Below, piece after piece: positions 1 through 11,330 of a stretch of 64,000 nt of DNA. Every line of letters starts with the position of its first letter. Within the stretch, counting starts at the first letter, position 1. Below the pieces are notes generated by a model. The model saw nothing but the letters and a program-made list of their open reading frames with translations. It did not search any database and was not told the DNA's origin. The DNA is taken from positions 1,024,001-1,088,000 of the forward strand of contig CBDATQ010000002.1 in NCBI GenBank assembly GCA_965199955.1, in the 5' to 3' direction. This stretch comes from Spirochaetia bacterium (lineage in GTDB: Bacteria; Spirochaetota; Spirochaetia; SZUA-6; Bin103). A program made the position numbers and the translations under genes.

Positions 1-425
<425 letters not shown>

Positions 426-572
426 CGAACGAACGCTCCGCTGCCTTTCCGGGACGCTACCGGTCGCGATCGGCGGGAATGCTCTGGTTGTCGAACAGCT
501 CATCCCCCGGCGCCGTCTTCGCAACGCTGCTCATGGGGTCAAGATACCGCACGTGCCCCGACGGCGTCGCGG

Positions 573-1490
573 TCAGGCATCGATGAGCCGCGCCAGGTCG
601 TCGGCGCAGGCGTCCAGGCCGAAGCGGGGGTTCCAGCCCCAGTCGCGCCGCGCGCTGGCGTCCTCCATGGCCGACGGGATGGTGCCGAGCATGGCGATCA
701 CGTCGCGGTGCGGCTCGAAGCGGTAGCGGAACCCGTCCACGCGGCTGCTCACCGCGTCGGCGAAGTCCTGCGTCGAGGGCGAGAAGGCGTGCAGGTTGTA
801 CACCCGCCGGGTCAGGCGCGTGCCGTCGGCGTCCACCAGCCCCAGGATCCCGTCGATCACGTCCCGCACGTAGATGGTCGTCACGCGCAGGTCGGGGGGG
901 GCGGGGTACGCGAAGGCCTCGCCGCGGCGCGCTGCCAGGAAGGCGTGCGAGGGATAGGCGCTCACCGCGCCCGGCGGTGCGTACGGCGACACGACCACGG
1001 GCAGCCGCACGGCGCGGAAGTCCAGGCCGGCCGTCTGCCACAGGTAGACGCCCATGCGCTCGACCGCGACCTTGGTGACCCCGTAGATGGTCGACGGCCA
1101 CTGCGGCTGGTCCTCCGGCAGCGGGTCGGGGAGCTCGCCCGCGTAGGTGGCGAGGGTGCTGGGAAAGAAGAAACGGCTCACGCCGCGCTCGGCGGCCATG
1201 CGCAACAGCTCGACCGACGCGTTGGCGTTGACCTGCCAGGCGGTGGGCGGGTCGGCCTCCGAGGAGAGGGTCAACAGCGACGCCATGTGCAGGATGCACT
1301 CGGGCCGGACCTCGTCGAGGAGCCTCGCCATGCGGGCGCGGTCGGTGATGTCGGCCTGCTCGAAGCGGACGCCGGGGACGACCGGCGGTTCGCGGTCCAT
1401 GCCCGTGACCTCCTTGCCGGCGGCGTGCAGGCGCTCCACCAGCAGGCGCGCCAGGTTGCCGGCCGCGCCGGTCACCAGGTAGCGGGTCAT
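573..1490 (-). CDS. NAD-dependent epimerase/dehydratase (extended SDR, threonine-dehydrogenase-like)
   Basis: N-terminal VTGAAGNL and catalytic YGVTK motifs. Confidence 0.85.
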   Translation of the reverse strand: MTRYLVTGAAGNLARLLVERLHAAGKEVTGMDREPPVVPGVRFEQADITDRARMARLLDEVRPECILHMASLLTLSSEADPPTAWQVNANASVELLRMAAERGVSRFFFPSTLATYAGELPDPLPEDQPQWPSTIYGVTKVAVERMGVYLWQTAGLDFRAVRLPVVVSPYAPPGAVSAYPSHAFLAARRGEAFAYPAPPDLRVTTIYVRDVIDGILGLVDADGTRLTRRVYNLHAFSPSTQDFADAVSSRVDGFRYRFEPHRDVIAMLGTIPSAMEDASARRDWGWNPRFGLDACADDLARLIDA

Positions 1491-3364
1491 CGGGCGCTCA
1501 CCGTGAGGGGGCCGTGGCGGCGGTCGGTGATCGGAAGCTCGCCCGCCAGCTCGATCAGGTCGGGTATGTCCAGGATCTCGCGCATGCCGAAACAGTACAG
1601 CGGATACTCCGCGCCGTTCGGGTCCACGTGCGACTCGATCAGGTCGTCCAGGGAGTAGGGCAGCCCGTCGGTGGTGACGCAGGCGTAGGCGTCCGGATCG
1701 CGTGCGGCGGCCAGCAACGCCACCATGGAGGCGACCCGGCCGGCGGCCTGCACCTGGACGGGCGCGCCGAAGCGATCGCGGGCCCAGGCGGCAGCGGCGG
1801 CGAGTTGGCCCACCTGCAGTCCCAGGACCGGGCGCCCGATCGCCCGCAGCAGCAGCGCGTAGGTTTGAGAGGCGGCCAGCAGGCCCGCGCCGATCAGGTC
1901 CACGTGCAGGAACGTCCGTCCCGTCTCACGGGCGCACGACTCCGGGTCGCCGGCGGCGCCCGACAAGGGGGCGCCGATGCTGACGATGGCGCCGGCGGCG
2001 CCGTCCGGGACGGCCAGACGGGCGGGCAGCGGCCAGTAGCCGTCAACCTGCAGCGTGATCTCCTCGACGCGTACGCCCAGCTCGTCCCGCACCCAGACCC
2101 AGCTCGCCTGCGTGGTTGCGGTGGTCACGGAGCTGTCGCGGTAGCCGATCACCCGGTCGAGGTCCTCGCGGGTCGGTTCGCGGGGCTGGTCCGCTTCGCG
2201 ACGCCGGAGCTCCTGCAGGCGATCGGTGGCGAGCGTCGCGAACGTCGCGCGCTCCTCGGGCAACCCGACCCACAGGTCGCGCTCGTGGTAGAGCTCGTCC
2301 CGGTACGGCAGCTCGCCTTCGGGCACGTCCAGGCCGAAGTGGCGGTTCACCCACGCGTAGCAGGCGAGGCGGTTGCCCAGGTCGTAGTTGTGGCCGGGAT
2401 CGGTGCCGATGTGCATGGCGCAGCGGTCGGCCACGCCCAGCAGCTCGTAGGCGCCGCGCGCCGCCTCGCAGGTGCCGGAGGCCGCCTTGTGCGGCTGGAA
2501 GCAGCAGTCGTCGTAGCGGTTGAAGATGAACAGCACCGGGCGCGGCGCCACCAGCGCCGACAGCACGTCGTAGTCGCCGATCGTGCACATGCCGGCCGGC
2601 AACTGCTCTGCGTCGCCCACGTCGGCCAGGTCGCGCCGGTCGGCCGCCGGCATGTGGCCGGCGACCGGCACGCTCACCGCCACGCGCTCGTCCAGCGCGG
2701 ACAGCACGATGGTCTGCCAGCCGCCGCCGGACAGCCCGGTCATGGCCACGCGCGACGGATCGGTCAGCTCGTGATCGATGAGCAGGTCCAGGGCGCGCTT
2801 CATGGTGAGGTAGAACACCCCGGCGCCGGCCTGGCCCAGCAGGTCCAGGAGCTGCTGGTGGTTGTGGGGCGCCAGGTTGGTCATCTCGCCGCGGCCGAGC
2901 AGCTCCAGGCTGAGCGCGGGCAGTCCGCGCCGTGCCAGGTTGCTGCAGCGCGCCTGCTTGTGCTCGACGGCGATGCCGCGCGATTCGTGGCCGTTCACGT
3001 CCAGCACGGCGGGGGTCGAGCGCTCGCCGCCCAGCGGCGTGGCCGGTTCGTAAAGGAGCGCGGGCACCCACACGCCGGGGTAGCCCTCCAAGCGCAGCTT
3101 GCGGATGCGGTACTCGGGGGAGGGTTCGAGCGTGTCGCCCCAGACCACCCGCGGCGGCTCGGCCAGCAGGTCCGGCGGATGGCCGTGCAGGTAGAGCTCC
3201 AGGTAGCGGGCGCGCAGCTCGGCGGCGCGGGTCTGCCACTCGGCCGCCGTGTCCGGCAGCGCGAGCCGCGGCCCGTGGCGGGCCACGTATTCGTACATCA
3301 GGCGGTTGCCGAGTTCGGGCCCGGCGGCTCCGGCGATCACCGGAGCGAGGGGAGATCCATTCAT
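1487..3364 (-). CDS. Alpha/beta hydrolase (acetyl xylan esterase-like)
   Basis: Nucleophile elbow GLSGGG, VNGH motif, DDCCF and GHNY; overlaps the next gene by 4 bp. Confidence 0.75.
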   Translation of the reverse strand: MNGSPLAPVIAGAAGPELGNRLMYEYVARHGPRLALPDTAAEWQTRAAELRARYLELYLHGHPPDLLAEPPRVVWGDTLEPSPEYRIRKLRLEGYPGVWVPALLYEPATPLGGERSTPAVLDVNGHESRGIAVEHKQARCSNLARRGLPALSLELLGRGEMTNLAPHNHQQLLDLLGQAGAGVFYLTMKRALDLLIDHELTDPSRVAMTGLSGGGWQTIVLSALDERVAVSVPVAGHMPAADRRDLADVGDAEQLPAGMCTIGDYDVLSALVAPRPVLFIFNRYDDCCFQPHKAASGTCEAARGAYELLGVADRCAMHIGTDPGHNYDLGNRLACYAWVNRHFGLDVPEGELPYRDELYHERDLWVGLPEERATFATLATDRLQELRRREADQPREPTREDLDRVIGYRDSSVTTATTQASWVWVRDELGVRVEEITLQVDGYWPLPARLAVPDGAAGAIVSIGAPLSGAAGDPESCARETGRTFLHVDLIGAGLLAASQTYALLLRAIGRPVLGLQVGQLAAAAAWARDRFGAPVQVQAAGRVASMVALLAAARDPDAYACVTTDGLPYSLDDLIESHVDPNGAEYPLYCFGMREILDIPDLIELAGELPITDRRHGPLTVSAR

Positions 3365-3403
3365 GTCAGTGCTTGTTCCCGGATGGTGTGGTGCCGATGA
3401 TAC

Positions 3404-3606
3404 TCATGCGGCCACCAGGATCGGAACCCGGTGGATAACGTTGCCCAGGTAGCCCTTGGGGTTCCACGGCTGCCGGAACGTTTGCGCGCTGCGGGTGTCG
3501 TCGAACGCGCGCGCCCAGATCTCGTAGTAGCCCCGGTTCCGGAAGGTCAGGTCGGGCCTGCCAGTGGTGCCAGGCATAGCGGTTTGCCGGAGCGCTCAGG
3601 GCAGCG
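3404..3606 (-). pseudogene. 3' remnant of a sulfite oxidase-family molybdoenzyme
   Basis: APANRYAWHHWQA, +1 shift near 3555, then DLTFRNRGYYEIWARAFDD...PWNPKGYLGNVIHRVPILVAA*; the N-terminal Mo-binding domain is absent. Confidence 0.65.
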
Positions 3607-3814
3607 GGGGCGAGCGTTGCGAGCGCCTTGACGCCGGTGAGCCCGTGCAGAACGCTGAGCGTCCGACGATGCCGTCCGTCGGTAGCAGCGAGCACGGCCC
3701 GCAGCGTTGAGGCTGGCTGGCGGCTGGTTGTACGCTATCGGGTGGCCGGGAGCCCGCCCGTAGGCTCGCGAGTCCAGATTCGTTCGACGGGGATCGTTCG
3801 ACGGGGATCATGGC

Positions 3815-5398
3815 ATGGCGCGACGACGGTCCGGGAAGCACGCAGGCGACGCGGGGGCGGTCCCGAACACCGCGGCCACCATCGGCCACGAGGCCAAGCT
3901 GTGGGCGATGGCCGACGCGCTGCGCGGCTCGATGGACGCCGCCGAGTACAAGCATGTCGTCCTCGGCCTCATCTTCCTCAAGTACATCTCCGACGCCTTC
4001 GAGGACCGTCACGCGGCCGTGCTTGCGCAGTGGGGCGAGGACGCCGCCGAGGACCGCGACGAGTACATCGCCGAGAACGTCTTCTGGGTGCCGGCCGAGG
4101 CCCGCTGGGCGCATCTGCGGGCGCAGGCGCGGCAGCCCACAGTCGGCCTGACGGTCGATCAGGCGATGGCCGCCATCGAGCGCGACAACCCGGCGCTCAA
4201 GGACGTGCTGCCGCGCGACTATGCCCGGCCGGCCCTCGACAAGCGGCGGCTTGGCCAGTTGATCGACCTCGTCAGCAACATCCGGGTCGGCGACGAGGAC
4301 GCCCGGTCCCGTGACTTGCTGGGCCGCGTCTACGAGTACTTCCTGTCGCAGTTCGCGAGTGCCGAAGGCAAGAAGGGCGGCGAGTTCTACACGCCGCGCT
4401 GCATCGTCAGCGTGTTGGTCGAGATGCTGGCGCCGTACCGGGGCCGGGTCTACGACCCCTGCTGCGGCTCGTCGGGGATGTTCGTGCAGTCAGTCAAGTT
4501 CGTGCGCGCCCACGCCAGCGGCAACGGGAACGGCGGCAGGGCCAAGGCGGACATCAGCATCTACGGGCAGGAGTCCAACTACACGACGTGGCGGCTCGCG
4601 AAGATGAACCTCGCCATCCGGGGCATCGAGGGCCAGATCGCCCACGGCGACAGCTTCCACAACGACCGTCACCCCGACCTGAAGGCCGACTACGTCCTCG
4701 CCAACCCGCCGTTCAACGTATCGGACTGGGGCGGCGAGCGGCTGGCCGACGACAAGCGGTGGCGCTACGGCGTGCCGCCGAAGGGCAAAGCCAACTTCTC
4801 GTGGGTGCAGCACATGGTGCACCATCTGGCCCCGGCCGGCATCGCGGGCTTCGTGCTCGCCAACGGGTCGATGTCGTCGAGTCAGTCGGGCGAGGGAGAG
4901 ATCCGGAAGAACCTGATCGAGGCGGATCTGGTGGACTGCATGGTGGCACTGCCGGGACAGCTCTTCTACTCGACGCAGATTCCGGCCTGCCTGTGGTTCC
5001 TGTCCCGGCGGCGACCGCGACGCGGCGAGATCCTGTTCATTGATGCCCGCAAGCTGGGCCGCATGGTGGACCGCACGCACCGCGAGCTGACCGACGACGA
5101 CATCGCCCGTATCGCCGGTACCTACCACGCTTGGCGTGACGGCGCGGACGCCTACGAGGATGTGCCCGGGTTCTGCAAGAGCGCCCCGGTCGACGAGGTG
5201 CGGCGGCACGGCCACGTGCTGACGCCAGGGCGCTATGTCGGCGCGGAGCCGCAGCCGGACGACGGCGAGCCGTTCGAGGACAAGATGCGTCGGTTGGTCG
5301 AGGATCTGCAAGCGCAGCAAGCGGAGGGAACGCGGCTCGACGCCGCCATCGCCAAGAACCTGACGGCTTTGGGGTTCAGTCTGGAGTCGTCGGAATGA
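3815..5398 (+). CDS. hsdM: Type I restriction-modification DNA methyltransferase subunit M
   Basis: [27 protein letters not shown], catalytic [14 protein letters not shown]. Confidence 0.97.
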   Translation: MARRRSGKHAGDAGAVPNTAATIGHEAKLWAMADALRGSMDAAEYKHVVLGLIFLKYISDAFEDRHAAVLAQWGEDAAEDRDEYIAENVFWVPAEARWAHLRAQARQPTVGLTVDQAMAAIERDNPALKDVLPRDYARPALDKRRLGQLIDLVSNIRVGDEDARSRDLLGRVYEYFLSQFASAEGKKGGEFYTPRCIVSVLVEMLAPYRGRVYDPCCGSSGMFVQSVKFVRAHASGNGNGGRAKADISIYGQESNYTTWRLAKMNLAIRGIEGQIAHGDSFHNDRHPDLKADYVLANPPFNVSDWGGERLADDKRWRYGVPPKGKANFSWVQHMVHHLAPAGIAGFVLANGSMSSSQSGEGEIRKNLIEADLVDCMVALPGQLFYSTQIPACLWFLSRRRPRRGEILFIDARKLGRMVDRTHRELTDDDIARIAGTYHAWRDGADAYEDVPGFCKSAPVDEVRRHGHVLTPGRYVGAEPQPDDGEPFEDKMRRLVEDLQAQQAEGTRLDAAIAKNLTALGFSLESSE

Positions 5399-5814
5399 AG
5401 CTCGACTACTCGGCCCTGGAAGACACGGTCGCTCATTTGCAGAGGAGCTTCGACTACCTGCACGGCGATCTTGCCCGCACGGACTCCGGTCTGCGGGAGC
5501 AGTTCCGAGCCGCCACCATCCAGGCGTTCGAGTTCACCTACGAGCTGGCGGTCAAGATGATCCAGAGACAGCTGGCCCAGATCGTCGCCAATCCCGGCGC
5601 CTTGCGGGAGATGGACTTCGCCGACCGGATGCGCGACGCGGCCGACGCCGGGATCGTTCGTGACGCCCTGCCCTACACCCGTTATCGGGAGCTGAGGAAC
5701 AAGACGTCCCACACGTACGATGCGGACCGGGCCGAGGAGACGGTCTCGGTGATCGACGAGTTCCTGCGCGACGTGCGTTTCCTCCTCCATGAGCTTCAGA
5801 AGCGCAACCCGTGA
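5395..5814 (+). CDS. HEPN-domain protein, HI0074/HepT-type (nucleotidyltransferase substrate-binding family; putative RNase toxin)
   Basis: [13 protein letters not shown] and RNKTSHTY (RX4HXY) motifs; ATGA overlap with hsdM stop. Confidence 0.9.
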   Translation: MKLDYSALEDTVAHLQRSFDYLHGDLARTDSGLREQFRAATIQAFEFTYELAVKMIQRQLAQIVANPGALREMDFADRMRDAADAGIVRDALPYTRYRELRNKTSHTYDADRAEETVSVIDEFLRDVRFLLHELQKRNP

Positions 5815-6567
5815 CACCGATTGACGTTCGACCCGCGGATCTCGACACGATTCGGCGCATTCTGGGTCGGCATGTGCCTGACCTGGAGGTTTCGCGCCTT
5901 CGGATCACGGGTGACCTGGAACGCGCGCGAAACCTCCGATCTCGACCTTGCGCTGATGACGGACGAGCCGCTCACCCTCGCGCAAATGGCGGATCTGCGA
6001 GCCGCCTTCACGGACGCCGACCTGCCATTTCGCGTGGACATCGTGGATTGGGCGAGTGCGTCAGAGAAGTTTCTGAGCCTCGTCGAGGCAGAACACGCGA
6101 TCCTGGTTGATGGCAGCGGAAGTTGTCGCACGGATTCATGGCCCGCCCGGTCGATTGAAGACGTGTGTCTGCGTGTGACGAGCGGCGGGACACCAAGCCG
6201 ACGGCGGCCTTCATTCTACGAGGATGGCTGTTGGCCGTGGCTCAAGACACAGGAGCTGCAGGACGGATGGCTCGATGATTCTGAGGAGCACATAACGGAG
6301 GAGGCGTTAGCCTCGTCGTCGGCCAAAGTGCTGCCCCAGAACACCGTTCTTATGGCGATGTACGGCGGCGCCCCGACAGTCGGTAAGCTTGGCATCTTGC
6401 GACGTCCGATGACGTGCAACCAAGCCTGCTGTGCGATGATCGTGGATCCAGGGCAGGCCGATTATCGCTACTTGTTCTATCAGCTCCTACACGCGCGGCC
6501 GCGGATAACACCTCTCAACAGGTGCGGCTCAGCAGAACCTCAGTGGCCAGTTGATCAAGTCTCTAAA

Positions 6568-8559
6568 CCGAAGTTCCAGAGCGTGAATCTCTCGTAACTT
6601 CATTGACAGAAATTAGTTGCAAGGTGATCTGCGTGCTGATTGGCGTCGTTTCGTGTCCATGTAGATGGTGGTGAATAGCGGCGAGATACATGCTATTTGA
6701 TCTTGACATATCGTGACTTGTGTGTATTCTGTTGCCACAGATCAGTAGTCATGTACATCGAGTCTGTCCCCAACCGCTCCTCTCCCCCTGCCATCCTGCT
6801 CCGCGAGTCCTACCGCGAGCACGGCAAGGTCAAGAAGCGCACGCTCGCGAACCTCTCCAAATGGCCCCCTGATCTGGTCGACGGCTTGCGCACCCTGCTC
6901 AAGGGCGGCCACGCCTTCGCCTCGGTCTCGGATGCGTTGCTGCTCACGCGCTCGCTGCCCCACGGCCACGTCGCCGCCGTGCTGGGCATCCTCAAGCAGC
7001 TCGGACTCCATACCCTCATCGCCCGCAAGGCCAGCCGCTCGCGCGAGCTGATCATCGCCATGATCACCGCCCGCGTCATCGACGCGCAGTCCAAACTGGC
7101 CACCGCCCGCGCGCTCTCACCGCCCAGCGCCGTGTCCACCCTGGGCGAGTCGCTGCGGTTGGGGGAGGTCGATGAGAACGAGCTCTACGAGGCGATGGAC
7201 TGGTTGGTCGGGCGCCAGGCGGCGATCGAGGACCGCCTGGCCGAACAGCACCTCAGCGAGCACACGCTGGTGCTCTACGACGTGAGCTCGACCTACTTCG
7301 AGGGCAGCCACTGCGAGCTGGCGCAGTTGGGACACAGCCGTGACGGCAAGTCGGGCACGCTGCAGATCGTGTTCGGGCTGCTGTGCACCCAGGAAGGCTG
7401 TCCGGTGGCGGTGGAGGTATTCCCTGGCTCTACCGCCGACCCGAAGACGGTGAGCGCGCAGGTGGACAAGATCCGCACCCGCTTCGGACTCACGCGGGTG
7501 GTGCTGGTCGGCGACCGCGGGATGCTGAGCGCGGCGAGGATCCGCGAGGACCTGCAAGAGGTGGAGGGGCTGCGCTGGATCACCACGCTGCGCGCGCCGA
7601 CGATCCGCAAGCTGGTGGCCGCCGGCGAGGTGGCGCCGTCGTTGTTCGACGAGCGCGACCTGGCCGAGATCACCAGCGAGGAGTTTCCGGGCGAGCGGCT
7701 GATCGTGTGCCGCAACCCGTTGCTGGCCGACGAACGGGAGCGCAAGCGCCAGGAGCTGCTACAGGCCACCGAGCAGAAGCTGGCCCCGATCGCTCAGGCC
7801 ACCCAGCGCGTCCATCAGCCGCTACGGGGCGAGGCCGAGATCGGCATGCGGGTCGGCAAGGTGATCAATCACTACAAGGTGGGCAAGCACTTCGTGACCG
7901 AGATCACCTCCGAGTCGTTCAGCTTTCGGCGCGATGAGGCCAAGATCGACGCCGAGCAGGCGCTGGACGGGCTGTACATCGTGCGCAGCAACGTGGAGCC
8001 GCAGGTGCTCGACGCGGCGCAGACGGTGCGCGCCTACAAGGGGCTGTCGAAGGTGGAGCGGGCGTTTCGGTGCATGAAGTCCGTGGACCTGAAGGTGCGC
8101 CCGATTCACCACCGGCGCGCCGATCGAGTGCGGGCGCACGTGCTGCTGTGCATGCTGGCCTACTACGTGGAGTGGCACATGCGGCGCTCGCTGGCGCCGT
8201 TGCTGTTCGACGATCACGATCGACAGGGCGCCGAGCGCAAGCGGGTCTCCGAGGTGGCTCCGGCGCAGCGATCGGCGGCCGCGGCGGCCAAGGCGTCGAG
8301 CAAGCGCACCGAGGACGGGTTGCCGGTGCACAGCTTTCGCACGCTGATCACTGAGCTGGGCACGCTGACGGCGAACACGATGCAGGTTGCAGAGGGCGGC
8401 AGCACGTTCACGCTGCACACGCACCCGACACCGGTTCAGCAGCGCTGTTTCGAGCTGCTTGGGGTCACGCCCCGCATGTAGCCATGCACAGGAACCTGCA
8501 CCATTGAGAAACTACCCTGACCACAAGGACTTCAGGCAATTTCGCTCCTGGAACTTCGG
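6568..8559 (+). mobile_element. IS1634-family insertion sequence (1992 bp)
   Basis: Terminal IRs CCGAAGTTCCAG (6568-6579) and CTGGAACTTCGG (8548-8559); 6-bp direct repeat TCTAAA at 6562-6567 and 8560-8565. Confidence 0.92.
6751..8481 (+). CDS. IS1634-family DDE transposase
   Basis: [23 protein letters not shown] start, [23 protein letters not shown]. Confidence 0.92.
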   Translation: MYIESVPNRSSPPAILLRESYREHGKVKKRTLANLSKWPPDLVDGLRTLLKGGHAFASVSDALLLTRSLPHGHVAAVLGILKQLGLHTLIARKASRSRELIIAMITARVIDAQSKLATARALSPPSAVSTLGESLRLGEVDENELYEAMDWLVGRQAAIEDRLAEQHLSEHTLVLYDVSSTYFEGSHCELAQLGHSRDGKSGTLQIVFGLLCTQEGCPVAVEVFPGSTADPKTVSAQVDKIRTRFGLTRVVLVGDRGMLSAARIREDLQEVEGLRWITTLRAPTIRKLVAAGEVAPSLFDERDLAEITSEEFPGERLIVCRNPLLADERERKRQELLQATEQKLAPIAQATQRVHQPLRGEAEIGMRVGKVINHYKVGKHFVTEITSESFSFRRDEAKIDAEQALDGLYIVRSNVEPQVLDAAQTVRAYKGLSKVERAFRCMKSVDLKVRPIHHRRADRVRAHVLLCMLAYYVEWHMRRSLAPLLFDDHDRQGAERKRVSEVAPAQRSAAAAAKASSKRTEDGLPVHSFRTLITELGTLTANTMQVAEGGSTFTLHTHPTPVQQRCFELLGVTPRM

Positions 8560-8830
8560 TCTAAAGTTCCCCTTTCCGCCCTTGCCCGAGCAGCGCGCCA
8601 TCGCGCACATTCTCGGCACGCTGGACGACAAGATCGAGCTGAACCGCCGGATGAATGCGACGCTGGAGGCGATGGCGCGTGCGCTGTTCCGGTCCTGGTT
8701 CGTGGATTTCGATCCGGTGCGGGCCAAGATGGAGGGCCGCGACACCGGGCTTCCGAAGGAGATCGCCGACCTGTTCCCAGACGCGCTGGACGATGAGGAC
8801 AAGCCCGTGGGGTGGCAGATCTACACCCTA

Positions 8831-10538
8831 GTTCCTGTCCGGTAACTCGCAACTCGTTTGAAGGGCTTGAGTTGAGGATCGAAAGGGGGCGGACAAAGAA
8901 ACGGTGTTTCGGCTACCATCGTTGGTGAAGTCCTAAACGATAGCCGAAACACCGGAGGTCAGATGCGCTCCACACGCATCATCCAGCCCAGCGTATTCCA
9001 AGCGCCCGAAGTTGTCCATCCCGTCGCCGAAGAGCTGGAACGTGCTTCCGGATGGCTCGATCAGCACGCGGAATTGCTCGAGGTGGTTGGCCGCTGTGTT
9101 GGCGGCTCGGTCGCCTGGGGTCGCCATGGCCTGACCTGCGAGACGATCCTGCGCTGCGCGGTGCTCAAACACCTGATGGGCTATTCGTACCGCGCGTTGG
9201 AGTTCGCCCTGCACGATTCGGCCACCATGCAGCGCTTCGCACGGGTCGATCCGTACGAGGTGCCGAAGAAGTCGGCGTTGCACGCCGGCATCAAGGCGAT
9301 CGACGCCGAGGCCTGGAGAAGCATCGAGGGCGTGCTGCTGCAGGACGCCAAGTTGCGAGGTATCGAGTCGGGCACTCAGGTGCGCATCGACAGCACCGTC
9401 ACCGACACGGACATCCTGGCACCGTCGGACAGCCGGCTGTTGTACGACGGCGTGCGGGTCCTGACGCGGTTGCTGCGCCAGGCGCGCGGGCGCTTGGCGG
9501 GGGTGTCGTTTCGCGACCACTGCCGCGCTGCCAAGCGGCGCGAGCAGGAGATCCGCTCGGGGCGCGGTGCGCGGCGGCCGGCGGCCACCTATCGGCGGCT
9601 GCTGAGGCTGGTGGCGCAGACGACCGGCTACGCGACGGCGGCGCGAGCGCGCGTGTGTTGCGTAACTGATCAGTGGGCCGGGAGTTGGTGGGCCGAGATG
9701 GGCGCCTGCCTGGAGCTGGTCGCGCGGGTGGTCGACCAGACGAAGCGACGCGTGTTCGACGGCGAAACGGTGCCAGCCAGTGAGAAGGTGGTGAGCCTGT
9801 TTGAGCCGCACACCGACATCATCGTCAAGGGTGGGCGTGCGACCGAGTACGGCCACAAGATCAACCTGAGCTCAGGGCGCAGCGGGCTGGTGCTCGATGT
9901 GGTGGTCGAGGCGGGCAACCCGGCCGACAGTACGCGCTGCCTGCCGATGCTGAGGCGGCATGCGGAGTTCTACGGCGAGCCGCCGAAGCGGGCGGCGTTC
10001 GATGGCGGATATGCGTCGCGGGAGAATCTGACGGAGGCCAAGAAGTTGGGCGTGGAGCACATGATGTTCCACAAGAAACGGGGCCTGGAGCAGACCGACA
10101 TGACGCCGTCGGCATGGATCTACGGTCAGTTGAAGCGCTTTCGGGCCGGTGCGGAAGCAGGAATCTCGTATCTGAAGCGCTGTTTTGGCCTGGAACGCTG
10201 CAACTGGAGTGGCTGGGACCATTTTCAGGCGTACGTGCACTCGGCGGTGTTCGCCCACAACCTGATGCGGCTGGTCCGTTTACTGCCCACTTGAGGCAAT
10301 CTGGCCGGAGTCGGTCGTCCTTCTTTGACAATTTCTCAGGTACATTGATGGGACTCGTGCGAGCTCGATGTCTCGATACCCCAGAACATATCGCCGATGA
10401 CCTCGAAACCGGCTCCTCAAGCGGTGTCAAAACCAAGCTCGTCTGCGTCTGATTCCTGATTCCCAAAGGTCCTGTCCACCCTCGAGACGCTCTTCCCCTG
10501 ACTCGCTCTCCCGAAACCGGGGATTGCCGGACAGGAAC
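8831..10538 (+). mobile_element. Insertion sequence, ISNCY/IS5-like (1708 bp)
   Basis: IRs GTTCCTGTCCGGTAA (8831-8845) and TTGCCGGACAGGAAC (10524-10538), 14/15 match; 6-bp direct repeat ACCCTA at 8825-8830 and 10539-10544. Confidence 0.9.
8963..10294 (+). CDS. DDE transposase (ISNCY/IS5-like)
   Basis: RIDSTV, KVVSLFEPHTDII, EYGHK, FDGGY, FRAGAEAGISYLKR; GGAGGT RBS upstream. Confidence 0.92.
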   Translation: MRSTRIIQPSVFQAPEVVHPVAEELERASGWLDQHAELLEVVGRCVGGSVAWGRHGLTCETILRCAVLKHLMGYSYRALEFALHDSATMQRFARVDPYEVPKKSALHAGIKAIDAEAWRSIEGVLLQDAKLRGIESGTQVRIDSTVTDTDILAPSDSRLLYDGVRVLTRLLRQARGRLAGVSFRDHCRAAKRREQEIRSGRGARRPAATYRRLLRLVAQTTGYATAARARVCCVTDQWAGSWWAEMGACLELVARVVDQTKRRVFDGETVPASEKVVSLFEPHTDIIVKGGRATEYGHKINLSSGRSGLVLDVVVEAGNPADSTRCLPMLRRHAEFYGEPPKRAAFDGGYASRENLTEAKKLGVEHMMFHKKRGLEQTDMTPSAWIYGQLKRFRAGAEAGISYLKRCFGLERCNWSGWDHFQAYVHSAVFAHNLMRLVRLLPT

Positions 10539-11124
10539 ACCCTAAGCGATCTGGTGCATCATCACCGCGCGACGGTTTCGCCTAGCACCGAACCTGCGTG
10601 TATCTTCGAGCACTACAGTATCCCATCTTACGATGCGGCGAACGAGCCGTCCCTCGATACCGGTGGCTCAATCAAGAGTAATAAGACAATCGTGGCGGAT
10701 GGGGCAGTTCTTCTCTCCAAATTGAATCCGGAGATTGAAAGGGTATGGTTGCCCAACCCAAAGAAAGAAATACCTCAAGTCGCATCTACCGAATTCCTGG
10801 CCCTTACACCTCTTTCACCGGCGACCAGCAGCATTCTGTACTGCCTCTTTAGAAGCCCAGAATTCAGGGGGGAAATGGCCGCTATGGTCACCGGAACATC
10901 AAAGAGCCATCAGCGCGTTCCGCCGAAGGCCTTGCTGTCTCGCGAGGTGCTGGTTGCAGACTCGCGGTTGTTTTCTTCGTTTGATCAGATGGTTCGTCTC
11001 TTCCTTGATCGATTGCTGTTAAACCGCCAGGAAGTGCGAACGCTGGCTGAAATCCGCGACCTCCTCCTCCCGAAACTCACGTCGGGGGAAATACGCCTCC
11101 GGGATGCTGAAAAGAGATCGTGGC

Positions 11125-11323
11125 ATGATCCGCGTTCACGTAAATCCCGAGCTTCTGCACTGGGCGCGTGAGCGCGCCGGCATTGCGGGAAGCTCTTGCA
11201 GTGAAGTTCAAGAAGCTGCCCGAATGGGAGAGCGGCGAGACTCAACCTACCCTGAAGCAGTTGGAGGCGTTCGCTCGCGCCGTCCATGTGTCCGCTGGAA
11301 GCTTGAAGCATCTAAAACGTTGA
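11125..11323 (+). pseudogene. Truncated XRE-HTH N-terminus of an ImmA/IrrE-type protein
   Basis: MIRVHVNPELLHWARERAGI, frameshift near 11188, then EALAVKFKKLPEWESGETQPTLKQLEAFARAVHV; the peptidase domain is missing. Confidence 0.65.
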
Positions 11324-11330
11324 GAGGAAC

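Larger units (their letters stand above)
5811..11128 (+). pseudogene. hsdS: MNT (nucleotidyltransferase)-HsdS fusion gene, interrupted by two IS elements and frameshifts
   Basis: Segments 5811-6567, 8566-8830 and 10545-~11128. MNT motif FGSRVTWNARETSDLD; TRD1 SGGTPSR; spacer [34 protein letters not shown]2; C-terminal RDLLLPKLTSGEIRL. Frameshifts near 5891, 6510 and probably 11112. Confidence 0.9.
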
